DNA of 64,000 bases, taken from positions 49,290,001 to 49,354,000 of the forward strand of contig NC_042997.1 of NCBI RefSeq assembly GCF_006345805.1, in the 5' to 3' direction. A program made the position numbers and the translations under genes. A model generated the notes under the pieces. The model worked only from the letters and a program-made list of their open reading frames with translations, had not been told where the DNA came from and searched no databases. Source of the stretch: Octopus sinensis. Taxonomy: Eukaryota. Below are positions 36,810 to 50,279 of the stretch, piece after piece (position 1 is the first letter of the stretch; each line of letters begins with the position of its first letter).

Positions 36810-37422
36810 CCCTTTAGCATTCAAATCGGCCATATCAAATATTCTACTTCTTTTATGCTTAAACTGAACAGATCTGACCCCTTATATTTCTAAAAACCAA
36901 GATGTTTTCTGTTGGGCTGCACTTGTGGAAATTTCAAAGTTTAGTGAAAATTTTCAGATTTGGTGTATTGATGTAATTTCCCCCGCTGAATCTCAGGAGC
37001 TATTTCACTTTATCCAGAATTGGTTTTATTTTTTAACTTATAGAGGTTTAAAGTTTAAAGTTTATTTTTACCCAGTCAGAAAGCAGGATTTGGAAGCTGT
37101 CATTTTGTGCGTGACAGCACGTGTTGTCAACTGTAAACAAATGAAATACCGGCGGAATTCTGTTCTACGCACTCCATATAACCCCTCTTTTACTCTTTTA
37201 CTTGTTTCAGTCATTTGACTGCGGCCATGCTGGAGCACCGCCTTTAGTCGAGCAAATCGACCCCAGGACTTATTCTTTGTAAGCCCGGTACTTATTCTAT
37301 CGGTCTCTTTTTGCCGAACCGCTAAGTTACGGGGACGTAAACACACCAGCATCGGTTGTCAAGCGATGTTGGGGAGACAAAGACATACAAATACTCTCTC
37401 TCTCTCTCTGTCTCTCTCTCTC

Positions 37423-37482
<60 letters not shown>

Positions 37483-37760
37483 CGACGGGCTTCTTTCAGT
37501 TTCCGTCTACCAAATCCACTCACAAGGCTTTGGTCGGCCCGAGGCTATAGTAGAAGACACTAGCCCAAGGTGGCACGTAGTGGGAATGAACCCGCAAGCT
37601 ACTTACCACACAGCCACTTGTACGCCTCATAACTTTTTTATGTTTTGGAATTTTGGCAACCAAACAGAAAAGATCCAACAATCCCATCATCAAAGTCTCA
37701 GCTACAAGATAATGCATGATTAAGCATTAGTTTTGATAGAGTAATCTGAATGCCAAAAGG
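36810..37760 (-). mobile_element. piggyBac-type MITE containing nested elements (family H fragment and a family-A SINE at 37189-37620)
   Basis: TTAA|CCCTTTAGCATT ... AATGCCAAAAGG|TTAA. Its ends are the reverse complement of the ends of 9936-10546. Confidence 0.75.
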
Positions 37761-38581
37761 TTAAGCGAAGGGGTTATCGGGGATTATACTGTCTAATCAT
37801 TCGATTCTAATGCGTCCTGACCTTCCATATATTTTTTTTATTTAGAGAGGAGAATATGATTTTAATGGATATTCGGCTGTTTTTTCTAGTAGATCGGACG
37901 ACCATGAGAGGCTTCCACGTTGATGTATAATCTGCTGAAGATGATGATGATAATGGTCATAATGATGCTGGAGATGGTCGAGACAGGGAAACAGGAGCCT
38001 ACGATAAGGTTACGGTGACGTGACAGAAATGGTGAGGGCGATGGCTGTAGCGACGATGGTTTAGTTAGTTTGTTAGCTGTGAAGAAATTGGTAAAGAGAC
38101 AGAAGGAAGTCGTTTAGAAGGGGATAAGACGAAGAAATGGGATTCGAAGATTGGGGGCGAAGAAATAAAAGGAACAAAAATGTTATATTTGGTAGGAATG
38201 ACAAAGGGGGAAGGGTGTGAAAGCCAAGACGTAGTGACGGCAGTGATATTGGTAATGAAAGTGTAGTGATGATAACATTGATAGCGGTGGTGGTGGTGGT
38301 GGTGATATTAGTGCCAAAAGTTGTCGAAACGGTTAGTTAAAAGGAATGTACTCAGATAAACATGCGTGCGTAAGCGCGTGCGTGTGTGTGTGTGTGCGTG
38401 CGGTTTAGAATTCCTTAGAAATATTTCGGCCAGCGGTGACCCAGGTTGTAGTACACACACAACTTGACAAAAAAATGACACACATATGCAAGCAAAACAT
38501 ACACGCACCCATGCACGCACACATACCAGGATGTATGTATGCACACACACTCAAACACACTTACACACACATACATATATA

Positions 38582-39060
<479 letters not shown>

Positions 39061-39073
39061 CTACGTCTAAATA

Positions 39074-39560
39074 TCTGAGTTCAAATTCCGCCGAGTTCGA
39101 CTTTGCCTTTCATCCTTTCGGGGTCGATAAATTAAGGACCAGTTACGTACTGGGGTCGATGTAATCGACTTAATCCGTTTCTCTGTCCTTGTTTGTTCTC
39201 TCTGTGTTTAGCCCCTTTCATCTTTTCAGAGTCGATAAATTAAGTACCTATTTCTTTACTAAACACAGAGAGGACAAATAAGGACAGACAAACGGATTAA
39301 GTCGATTACATCGACCCCAGTGCGTAACTGGTACTTATTTTATCGACCCCGAAAGGATGAAAGGCAAAGTGGACCTCGGCGGAATTTGAACTCAGAATGT
39401 AATGGCAGACGAAATACCGCTAAGCATTTCGCCCGGCGCGCTAACGTTTCTGCCAGTTCGCCGATAAGTTAAGTACCAGTTGCGTACTGGGGCCGATCTA
39501 ATCGACTGGCCCTCTCCCCCAAAATTTCGAGCCTTGTGCCTAGAGTAGAAAAGAATCTGT
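39074..39560. mobile_element. Family-B SINE cluster containing a tail-to-tail inverted pair
   Basis: Plus unit 39074-39211, minus headed copy 39259-39462, then a plus-strand tail to about 39560. Confidence 0.88.
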
Positions 39561-39870
39561 GAGGGGAATTATATTGAATAAAATCTTAATTAACTGATCG
39601 CGTATTTTCTTTTACGCAAAGCCAGGAACTTTTCAGCCCCCACCCCTCGTATTAACTCATAAAAGGCAAATTTCAAGCATTCCCAATCAAGCCTCGTAAA
39701 TTTAACTCCTTAAAGAACATTTAGACATGGCGACAATTTCATCTGATCGTGTGTGTGTGTGTGTGTGTGTGTGAACAGTAGTTTGGGAGTGGAATGAAAG
39801 GGCAATGAGTTGCAAAACGAGTTGTGCGGTAGCTCCGTTCAGCTCTGATTCAGCACGAAGTAAACCAACT

Positions 39871-40019
39871 TGATGGTGGTGGTGATGGTGGTGACGGCGG
39901 CGGCGGCGGTGGTGGTGGTGGTGGTGGTGGCGTTGGTGGTGGTGGTGGTGGTGGTGGTGGTGGTGGTGATGGTGGTGTTGATGGTGGGGATGGTGGTGGT
40001 GGTGGTGGTGGTGGTGGTG
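39871..40019. repeat. Imperfect (GGT)n microsatellite followed by (GA)n at about 40083-40128
   Basis: Direct sequence. Confidence 0.95.
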
Positions 40020-40081
40020 ACCCAGATAGTCAACATGTCCAAATATGGTCTCATAATTCATTGTTCTAGTAACTTAACAAC

Positions 40082-40133
<52 letters not shown>

Positions 40134-40492
40134 CGGTGGGGGCGACAGACATAAATGAGAAACCATTGTAGAAAGTGACAGAATTTGAAACCTCAACAAG
40201 GTTATTTGTTTTAAATTAAATAGAACTCCTAGCTTACTGACCATCTCGTTCTTGGTCTGCCTCCTCTGGGGCTCCCGGCGTTTCGCACGCCTTCAAGAAT
40301 CCGTCTTGCGCGTCTTTCCCTTGACATTCTAACCACATATCCGAAGTTCCGAAGATGTAATCTCTCGATCCAGAGACATGAAGATCTGCGAATTACGGAA
40401 CCTTTCAAGTAACGTTACTCTAGATGTCTTTCGAGGAACCCCTTTTCGGCCGCTTGTATTTGCAATATTTTTTATATTTCTATGCGCCCTTT

Positions 40493-40777
40493 ACAAGCCT
40501 AGCCAGGCTCATGGGCCCGGTTTCCCGGTTTCTGTGACATATGTGTTCACCCCACCAGTTGGACGGGACGCCAGTCTATCGCAGCGTTACTCAAGAAACA
40601 GGAAGAAAGAGAGAAAGTTGGGGCGAAAGAGTACAACAGGGGTCGCCACCACCCCCTACTGGAGCCTCGTGGAGCTTTTAGATGTTTTCACTCAATAAAC
40701 ACACACACAATGCCCGGTCTGGGAATCGAAAGCGCGATTCTCCGATAGCGAGTCCGCTGCCCTAACCACTAGGCCAT
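40493..40777 (-). mobile_element. tRNA-derived SINE, body type C with tail type Y
   Basis: Head and body match 10015-10210; the tail (gggcccggtttcccggtttct...gggacgccagtc) matches 7896-7990. Confidence 0.8.
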
Positions 40778-40825
40778 ATTTGCAATATTTTAGAAAAGAA
40801 AAATTTTAATTGCTGATTTCATATA

Positions 40826-41100
40826 AATATTGTTATATTTCAGGATGGTCATTTTATCCCCCTTGCCAAATAAACATACGCACTATATATCCGTTCTTCG
40901 CTCGTTTATTATTGTCCTTATTTTATTTTATGTTCATTGTCTGGAAATCTTGTGTCACACACCTGTGACCTCTCCAGCGACTCTTCCATCCCAGTGGACA
41001 TAAAATGAAATAAGAACTATAATAAACCGGGAAGAACGAATATATATAGTGCGTGTGTTTATTCGACAAGAAATAAAATGATCCCGAAATATAACAATAT
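40826..41100. mobile_element. Fold-back MITE with roughly 110-bp imperfect arms
   Basis: atattgttatatttc...taaacatacgcactatatat...gttcttc versus gaagaac...atatatagtgcgtgtgttta...gaaatataacaatat. Confidence 0.7.
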
Positions 41101-41169
41101 CTGGTTCAACACATGATTTCACGTCAAGAATATTACGAAACAAATTCGTAAACGTAACGACATAAAATA

Positions 41170-41639
41170 CAGTAAATCCTCGAGTATAGATCGCCCTTGA
41201 GTATAATACGCAGGGGATTTTTAGGGGGCTGTACATCTGAAAAACCTAAACCTTGCGTATAATATTTGAGTCAAGGAGGTCCATATAACGTCCTTGATTT
41301 GTAAAAATGTATACGGTAACGTCCTATATGCAAACGTGTAGCTTTTTTGTGCATTTTGTTTGTAGAAAATAAAGAAATAACAGTAATAACGGTAACAACG
41401 TTTAATAAATGTTGCTTACTGCAAGTTACGGATGATTCTTTTATGACTTCATTGCTTTCAGGCTTAGCTTAAGGTATTTTCGCGCCCGACATCACAAAAT
41501 GCGTCTGAATAAACATTGCCGGACAGTAAATAGAGACTCGGACATTGCTTAGAAAATAATTTTCAATTTTAATCTCGTATATAGTATGCACTAGGGATTT
41601 TTACCTTTAAAAATGCGGATTATACTCGAGGATTTACGG
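41170..41639. mobile_element. pogo/Tigger-type MITE with TA TSD
   Basis: TA|CAGTAAATCCTCGAGTATA ... TATACTCGAGGATTTACGG|TA. A partial second copy is at 60309-60612. Confidence 0.85.
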
Positions 41640-43226
41640 TACTTTTCCATGATACACTTGATACAACTAAAACAGCTTGTATCATCCTATCTGTTGAAGA
41701 TAGTGAACAACGGCATTCCAGGAGCGAATTAGCTATTATGCAAAATAGATACCAAGAGATGGAAGCATTACATTTTTTTCCAGCACCATATTTACAACAC
41801 TGCGACTGTGTTAGTTAAACCCAAGCCTCACAAAATGTTGAAAATTTGCCTTTTCTCCTGTAGCTGACTTATTTCTACTAAATCTTCAATAAAATTTTTA
41901 AAAACAGTTTATTTTTGATACAGTTGTGAAGTTCTGGCAAGGAAGAAAACTGAATTTCTAAATTATTATTTCACATTCACTACTTATGTTTTAATGTCTT
42001 GTCAGTTATTAGGCTGTGCTTATGACAGCACTTCACTTTAACCCTTACTATATAAGTTGCTCTGAGTTTCTTGGCATCAAAGTGATGTATGTAGGTCAAT
42101 CTCAACAGGATTCGTATATAGATTCTTGAGAAATAGAAATAAATAAGAGTTGTTTTCAGTGTTGGTCATCTGCTGTATCGTATGGTATTATCTTAAGTTA
42201 GCGCCTTAAGTTAATCTTCATTTATATCTTTCAGAAGTTTATTTGTGGGTTTATGATAAAATCTGCCCGCAGCATTTTAGAATATTTTTGCAACCCGTCT
42301 CGACTGGAAAGTATTTTCGTAGAAAATATAGCTCCTAATCTTAATGAGCGCTGAGATTTTCATCCAGAAGAAAATTTTGTATAATTCAGTGAAACGCACA
42401 ATGGATTTCTTCCATTGGAACGAATTATTCTCGTTTGAAATAGAAGCCAAATTCCTAAAATTTACCGGTTTAAACAACTCGGCGTCATAAGTACTGTAAA
42501 GAAATATATCCGCTTTCAAGTTTATTAGCTGAAAGCAATTCTATTCAATTAGCTGGAGCACTAAAGAAAGGTATGAATATCACACAGACACGCGCTCTCA
42601 TATAAACTTGTAGACTACATAGGCCACTGGTGCAGGAACCAAATCTTTTACAATTCTAAACCCTCTTCCTTTACATGCATCCCAGATCGACACACAAGAC
42701 ATACAAACATTCTTGATTTTTTTCTTCTCTTTTCCGAGCCTAATCTACACGAAACTGATACTGTATCCAAACCCTACTGGTTACCTGACCACTGGTCCAT
42801 TGCAACAACGAACACACCAATATACACTATCCAACATTCTCTTTCCAACTTGAAATCAGCCGGGATTTCTGCCCAGTTTTTATACCAGTTACCCAAAGTA
42901 AGTGTGTATTATGTGTGAGCGTGTGTATAAGTGTATGTTTGTATAAGTGTATGTTTGCATATAAACAGCTCCTCTACTAATATTCTATGCACGCGCCCAA
43001 ATAGAATTTAACAAAACGCTACTACAGATAACGTTTACTCGAGTCACATCTATTTCAAGAATTTTCGTGCCACTTTAGCATGTGCCCTACCCGGTCATTT
43101 ACACTTTAGCGTGCAGTCTAAGCCTAAGCCTTAATCCTAAACCGAATCAAGTCATTTCACAGCGTAGATTACGGATACTGTAGTTGACAGTATACAAAGA
43201 CAGCGCCGAATTTTCTATATTTTATA

Positions 43227-43572
43227 TCTATATATATAAAGCTGAAGTTGTGTGTGTGTGGCAGGTTTGGTAGCCTTCAATTAACACTATCTCCTCCGCA
43301 AGTTGACCAAAATTGAGAGTATGATAGAAGAAGGCTTGCTCTTCATTCCGTAGAAGAAAAACTTCAAATCGGACCATGTTAACACCAAAAATTATTTACA
43401 TCAAAAAGGTGCTTTTTTTTCTATGAAAATCCCTATTTTTTACGATTTTTTTACTGCTGTATCGCCATTTTTCGATGTATTTCAACCAGAAAAATGTTCA
43501 CTTAAAGAGAATAGCAAGCTATATAATGCAACATTTTTACTTTTCAAAATTTCCAATTCTAAAGGGTCGAAA
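43227..43572 (+). mobile_element. Helitron-like 5' fragment
   Basis: A|TCTATATATATAAAGCTGAAGTTGTGTG resembles the 5' end of 1554-1950. No 3' CTAG hairpin was seen. Confidence 0.5.
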
Positions 43573-43732
43573 ATAATTTTTTTTTGATGTCATTGGTTTT
43601 GAGCGAACGACGGATCAGCTGATCCAATGCAGAGGAGTAATGTTCGCTGCGTGAATGCACTAATTTCCAAGGTCGTCAACTGCTACAGCGCGTATAGATA
43701 TGTATATGTGTGTATATGTATGTGTGTATATA

Positions 43733-44131
43733 CAAGCTATCCCAGAATTAACTATTTCATTGAAATTGGACAACTTTTTATCCTGTTGGATCCCGCCTAT
43801 CTATCTATGATAACTTTTTTTTCAATTTGGCTGTAATCATTTTCTCTACCATCACGCATAGGATGGAGCAATAGTTTAGCTGAACTTAAAGAACGCATTC
43901 AGTTAGCTGTGCAGGAGATAATTTCTGAAATGCTTCAAAATGTATTTTGTGACGCTAAGGATAGATTTGAAAATTTCAGGCCTATGCTGATAATTTTCAA
44001 TAAAGTTTTGGTGTAAGTTTTATAAATACATTTCCTTTGGTATCATAATAAAGTAATAAACATAGAATTCTGTTAGTTTTGCTTTTAAATTTGCCCGATT
44101 TCATTGAAATAGTTAATTCTGGGACATTCTG
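43733..44131 (+). mobile_element. Tc1/mariner deletion derivative with TIRs and TA TSD
   Basis: TA|CAAGCTATCCCAGAATTAACTATTTCA ... TGAAATAGTTAATTCTGGGACATTCTG|TA. Internal remnant SLAELKERIQLAVQEIISEMLQNV resembles a transposase C-terminus. Confidence 0.75.
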
Positions 44132-46748
44132 TATAAAAGCAAAAATGATCAAAGAAAAATAACTCAGTGACATGTATTTGAACAACATAGACAAATACGT
44201 ACAGGTATATCAAATACCATACAATATAAATTCTTGATTTATCAAAATGATCTCCCTCTCCACAGCATGAATCATATTTATCAAATGGCAGTTAAAACCA
44301 GCTCTACTTGAGAAGGGAGATAATCTCCAGAATCAAGGATTCCCCGAGGTTGACATCATTAAAGAACAGGCTTATTATCTGGAAGTAAGAGAGCAGTCGT
44401 GGATACGTGTTTCTGGCTCAATAACTGTTAACAGCACGACAATACCCGAGCTTGCGAAGGGATTCAGACTTACCCAAAAATTAATGAAACATATTCTCGC
44501 CTGGTCTAGTGCCTGTGTTAGAAACTATTATTATTATTCATATCAAGGAGTAAATCTGTTATTTACCAAGATTTTAAATATTTCACGCCAAACCATGTGA
44601 CCACACGACTCTTTCATCTTCTCCACCCAACACCAACCCTACCTTCCAACCACATCTGTTTCGGATATGATCCGTACTGATTTCCTTGTTACTAAGATTT
44701 CCTATTTTTAGTCGGATTAAGAAATTTTAAGGTATTCACAATTCGTGATCGCATCGTGATTTATTTTTTTTGCCTCGTCTGTAGCGTCGAGTCAGTTTAT
44801 TTTATTTCACTTAAATTAACACTTTAAAGAAACGTATAATTTTGTTTTCCTTTCACTCTTGCGAATGTCAAAAGAGGTTCAAACAAATGGATTAGAATTT
44901 AAACCAGCAATATTTTATGTGTGTATGCAGTCAGTAACATTTTTATATATTAAAAACATGTGAAGTTCAAAGAAAATAATGGCATTTGGAGTATCTATTG
45001 CAGTTTTCATACATACATATCCGGCTGAAAATGAATAAAGACTCATTTTCAATACCAAATCGGGCTTATGTCAGAGTGGGGGGTTTTGTATTTTACTATA
45101 AACTTGACCTTGGAAAGTTATCGTTAAAATAGTCATTCTATTATTCATCGTTTGATCCACCTACATTTTTATATATTATGCAAACTAAACCGCCCCTAGT
45201 GTTATTCAATACATGCAATTAGAAAAAAAAATGGAGTGAAAACAAGGAAAAGAAAGAGTGGAGGATGAAAGGCTATGTTCATCTGAGCATGAAGAGAATT
45301 AAAAAAACAAAAAAATGATGGGCGAATCTAAAAACGAAAAGGCATTTAAACTGACAGTCATTTTTATTACCTTCCGTCTGATATATTATTGATGTGTTCT
45401 GAACTTAGAAGTCTGCATTGCACAGCAAGTGGTTAATCACTTGAGCATGTCATAATGTGTAAGGGAACATGGCCTAGTGGTTAGGGTGCTGCGCCCTCAA
45501 TCGCGAGATCGTGGTTTCACTTCCTGGACCGGATGGTACGTTGTGATATCTTGCGCAAAAACCTCACCTCACGTTGCTCTGCGACCCCTTCGACACTCGA
45601 CGTGTGGTACTCCGTGCACCTGTTCAAACAACGTCGATTTGCTCTTTATAAGCAAATCATTTGTGGAGGTCGTTCGGCTAGAAATTGCCGGACCGTCTTT
45701 CTCGGACTATAATATTTCCTAAATGATTTAGACGAGTTATTGCTAGTATTGAGTTGGAAAATTGCCTAAATGATTTATTTGCATATCTTTTACATTTCAC
45801 TTGATTCAGCCAGACAATGACCATACTGGGGCACTGCCCTGAAGGTTTTAGTCGAAGAAATCGATTCCAGGGTTTCTTTTTTTAAAGTCCGACACCTATT
45901 CTATTGGTTTTCCCCCACCCGGGTCGTCGTAGTTGTCCCATTTTATAAGCCTTACCATAAGATCATGGGATGATATATATGCAAAGAATGCGTGTGCCTG
46001 CCTATATATGCATTTATGCACACATATATATGTATATACGTATCTATGTTTATATACATATATGTACACATTCCCCATCACAAGCATATACGCGCGCGTG
46101 TGTATGCGCTAATTTTTTAATCTCTTCGTTCGGTTCATTTTTGGCGAGACAATTAACAGATATAGAATTACAGCTTAACACCATCCTTACATTTAAGATG
46201 ACCATAAATAATATTGCTATTTTATCTGTCATACCTTCACAGAATCACAGTAAATTTCGGTTTTATCCACACATTATCTTTATAGAAGGTCACAGGCTCA
46301 AGGTACCGGCAACTCGGGCAGTCATCCGGGGTGCAAAGGAGAGTGTAACAAAGACAAGGAAATTTCCACGACCGTCAGCTAGTAGACGCCGAATTTCAGC
46401 TTGCCCGGGACCCTAGGGTCATCCCTGGTCACAGGTATTTATTGCAGTAGGCATTTATTTTTCAGATATAAACATTTTTCAGGTCGAATACATTTTTATT
46501 TCTAGTATCATTCGAACAAATAGCTTTTGGCCTGATATTGTAGATACATGTCGACACTTTGTTGGGCGCTGTAAAAATGACTTGGTGGGTTAGTAATATA
46601 GATATCGTCCAGCAGATATGAACTTCGAATATACGGTCGTTTTCAATTCTACGTCTGTATGTCGTAAACGTTGAAGACATTATTCGTTATAACTTGAGAT
46701 ACAGAAATCCCCTCCTTTTATATATATACATAAGAGAGAGTAAAAGAG

Positions 46749-46788
<40 letters not shown>

Positions 46789-46829
46789 ATATACATAAGA
46801 GAGAGTAAAAGAGTATATATATATATACA

Positions 46830-47205
46830 GGATCTTTACCTTTTGACCTACAGATTTAAAAAAATTATTTTTTGTAACTAAACACTTTCAAACTTCGGAC
46901 ACTGGTAGAATGTGTCATATAAAACATGTTTTACTCTTAGCATTTTGAGAAAAACTTATATTTACGATGTTATTTCACGTTAAAGTTCTCGTATTTCGGT
47001 AATTTCAACCAATCAATGACGTCTATTCAGCTGAATAAAATTACTGCTGTTGTTTGTCAACAAGAACTTCCGGCGGTGTATATTTCGTTTGTCACTGTTA
47101 TTTATGTCAACCCTGGCCCTAATACCCTAACCCTAAAACCCTAACCCCAACACCGTAACCCCAAAATCCTAAAACCATAACCCTAACCCTAAAACCTTAA
47201 AACCA
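46830..47205 (-). mobile_element. Relative of the 12699-13108 MITE with an expanded CCCTAA-like array
   Basis: Shared blocks ctggtagaatgtg and caaccaatca.tgacgtctatt; ccctaa-like repeats at about 47110-47200. Confidence 0.6.
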
Positions 47206-47751
47206 GTACAAACGCACGAACGATGTCATACAATGCTACCAACTAGCAGCTATTTGATCGACTCTGGAAAAGGGAAGAGGAAAGTACACGCCAGAAAAAT
47301 TTGGACTCAGAAGGCGAGGGAACCAAACAAACAATGAAAGGAACTTAGTTTGGTGCACTTGGGGGTTTCTGTTAATTCGCCATTCTATGGTTTGAATTAA
47401 AAAGCTATGTAGCATGAGCAAGCCACTCTAAAATCTACAATGTCCTTAAAAGCCAGATTAATTTAGGAAACTGTATGTAGTTTACCATAAAGCAACTCCC
47501 TTTAAAAGAAAAATAATCTTATGTTACATATGGAAAAGATATATAAATAAGAATACCATAACGTATTAGTTTATAAGTAGAGGTTTCTGAGATTTAGTTC
47601 AAATTATAGAAACATCTGTATAGAAATGAAAGGGATCTTCACTACCTAATTAACATTTGCGTTCAAAACATAAGTCTTAAACCTGTTTTGCTCAACTGGT
47701 TTTACTTCTTTTTATGTTGTATTTGTTGTATTTTATTTAATGAAATCCAGG

Positions 47752-47782
<31 letters not shown>

Positions 47783-48203
47783 GTTGTTGTTGTTGTTGCC
47801 GGTGTTGCTGGCTTTGACTTTGTTGTTGTTTTGTGTTATTGTTTCCACTCAGTTTACTATCATGACTCACTGAAACGTGTAAACCATATAGAATTCAAAA
47901 TTAAGAACACGTCTGCAAAAAATCTTTATATGTAACAGGTTTGTTTTGTATGTGTTGTTGTTGTTGTGAATGAGGTTATTGTTTGCTTCGTTATCCGTCT
48001 GAAAATAGGCTTTCAGACAGTGTTTTTAAAAACTATCGCCCTCTTTGTAAGTCGCGATCGAAGTCGCAACTTTATATCTTTGTACTTCACAAGACGCAAA
48101 TTGAACAGTTAATTGCTAAAAGTCGTCTCACCGAATATCTGTGACTTTGTTTCGATTCGAGTTTGAAGCCATTTCAAATCGATAACACCGTGTGTGTGTG
48201 TCT

Positions 48204-48248
<45 letters not shown>

Positions 48249-49416
48249 GGATTTGGTCTTGAGAAAGAGACGTGTCTGTGGCCTTCTCAAGTCATCAGAG
48301 ACTGATGAGGTCAATGCAGTTCTTGGTCTCTTCTTGAATTGTTGTAAGTTTATGGCTGCGGTAAAATGTAATCATGGAAAGAATTCTAAAAAAAGTTTCT
48401 GTTGAGAAAAGAATGGACATAATGTTCAGTGTTGCGCCTGATAATGATGATGATGATGGTGGTGGTGGTGGTGAACGAAGTTCGTGCGACGACAGAAGAA
48501 GAAACTAATGAGTCAGGAGCGCTCGGGTGGATGTGAGCACCGAGAGAGCATCCAGCTCCGAGCAATAGCAATAATAATAGTAACAGCAGTAGAAAAGGTA
48601 GAGAAAGAAAACAGCATATGAATGAAGCAGAGGTTAAATTAAATCGCCGAGCGATTTCAAGGCAATCCTTAAAGTGACATTGGGAGAGGCATAAATGTCA
48701 TAACAAACATATTTCTTCTTCAAAATCGCGTTATCTATGTGCATGAGTAAAAGGCTGTGCATTGCCAGAATCGTTAATGCCTTCTAATATTTGATTTGGC
48801 ACTTCATGTTTTGAGTTCAAATCTTGCCAAAGTCAACTTTACCTTTCATACCTCTAGAAAGTTACCAGCCAAATATTGTAGTTAATATATTCAACTTAAT
48901 TCACCCCGCATTTTCTAGCTTTGTTTCTCATTTAGAAACGTTATAGGGTTGCGGATTGGAAGAATCGTTAGAATATCGGAAAAATGTCTTAGAAATAGTA
49001 ATTTTCCCAGATCTTTCAGTTCAGAGCTCAAATTCTGCCAAAGTCAACATTACTTTTCATACCTTTGGAGCTGATAAAATAAAGTACCAATCAAGTACTG
49101 AGATTGATATAACCGACTATTCCCAACACCTCACCCACCCCCGAACTTCTGGCATTTTGCTTAAATTAAAAGCAAGTATTTATGTGTACAAGTTGAAGTG
49201 TGGGGTGACTTAGGGTAGATAAACTTCACCGAGTTGACTTACCTATGTTACGATACAAGCAACGACAACCGGAGATTACGTATATTCTCTATCGTTAGAT
49301 CCATCATATTGTCAAAAACTGGATAGATGGTTTTATTAAAATAAATTTACTTCTGATTTTATCAAGAAAAAATTTTGATCGGAAACCGTGTTTTGAAGCA
49401 AATAATCTTATAACTG

Positions 49417-50001
49417 AAGGCGGCGAGCTGGCAGAATCGTTAGCACACCGGGCGAAATGCTTAGCGGTATTTCGTCTGCCATTACGTTCTGAGTTCAAAT
49501 TCCGCCGAGGTCGACTTTGCCTTTCATCCTTTCGGGGGCGATTAAATAAATACCAGTTACGCACTGGGGTCGATATAATCGGTTTAATCCGTTTGTCTGT
49601 CCTTGTTTGTCCACTCTGTGTTTAGCCCCTTGTGGGTAGTAAAGAAATAGGTATTTCCTCTGCCGCTACGTTCTGAGTTCAAATTTCGCCGAGGTCGACT
49701 TTACCTTTCATCCTTTCGGAGTCGATTAAATAAGTACCAGTTACGCACTGGGGTCGATATAATCGACTTAATCTGTTTGTCTGTCCTTGCTTTTCTTCTC
49801 TGTGTTTAGCCCCTTGTGGGCAGTAAAGAAATAGGTATTTCGCCTGCCGCTACGTTCTGAGTTCAAATTCCGTCGAGGTCGACTTGGCCTTTCATCCTTT
49901 CGGGGTCGATAAATTAAGCACCAGTGAAACACTGGGGTCGATATAAACGACTGGCCCCCTCCCCAAACATTTCGGGCCTTGTGTCTAAAGTTGAAAAGAA
50001 T
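49417..50001 (+). mobile_element. Family-B SINE with three tandem internal units (184-bp period) behind one head
   Basis: gtatttc unit starts at 49467, 49651 and 49835. Only the first unit has the gagctggcagaatc head. Confidence 0.9.
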
Positions 50002-50242
50002 AATGTTATAACTGATAAATCCTACAACACACCGGTTGTTGCTTGTGATCCTTAACACCTGTTTCTTTCTCAAAATAGTTGATGTTTGTTTATGCCCCGA
50101 AAAGATTTTTCGCTTCGCTAATCTGTAGCTTTCTCAATGGGTTTACATTTTGGTTTTCAGTTTACAACTGAGTCTTTTCTTCATTGCATCAAAACATTGC
50201 CGCAAACCACTTTAACACTTTTGCTTTCTGTCAGAGTAATAA

Positions 50243-50279
<37 letters not shown>

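Noticed and set aside
39702-40154. Poly-His, poly-Thr and poly-Val ORFs in the track
   Set aside because: These are translations of a (GGT)n microsatellite, with no splice or homology support.
40275-40310. Hammerhead-like words on the minus strand (cttgaaggcgtgcgaaacgc)
   Set aside because: The core is incomplete and no helix I could be built.
49417-50001. Regularly spaced repeats resembling a CRISPR array
   Set aside because: The whole 184-bp unit repeats with no unique spacers, and it is SINE sequence in eukaryotic DNA.
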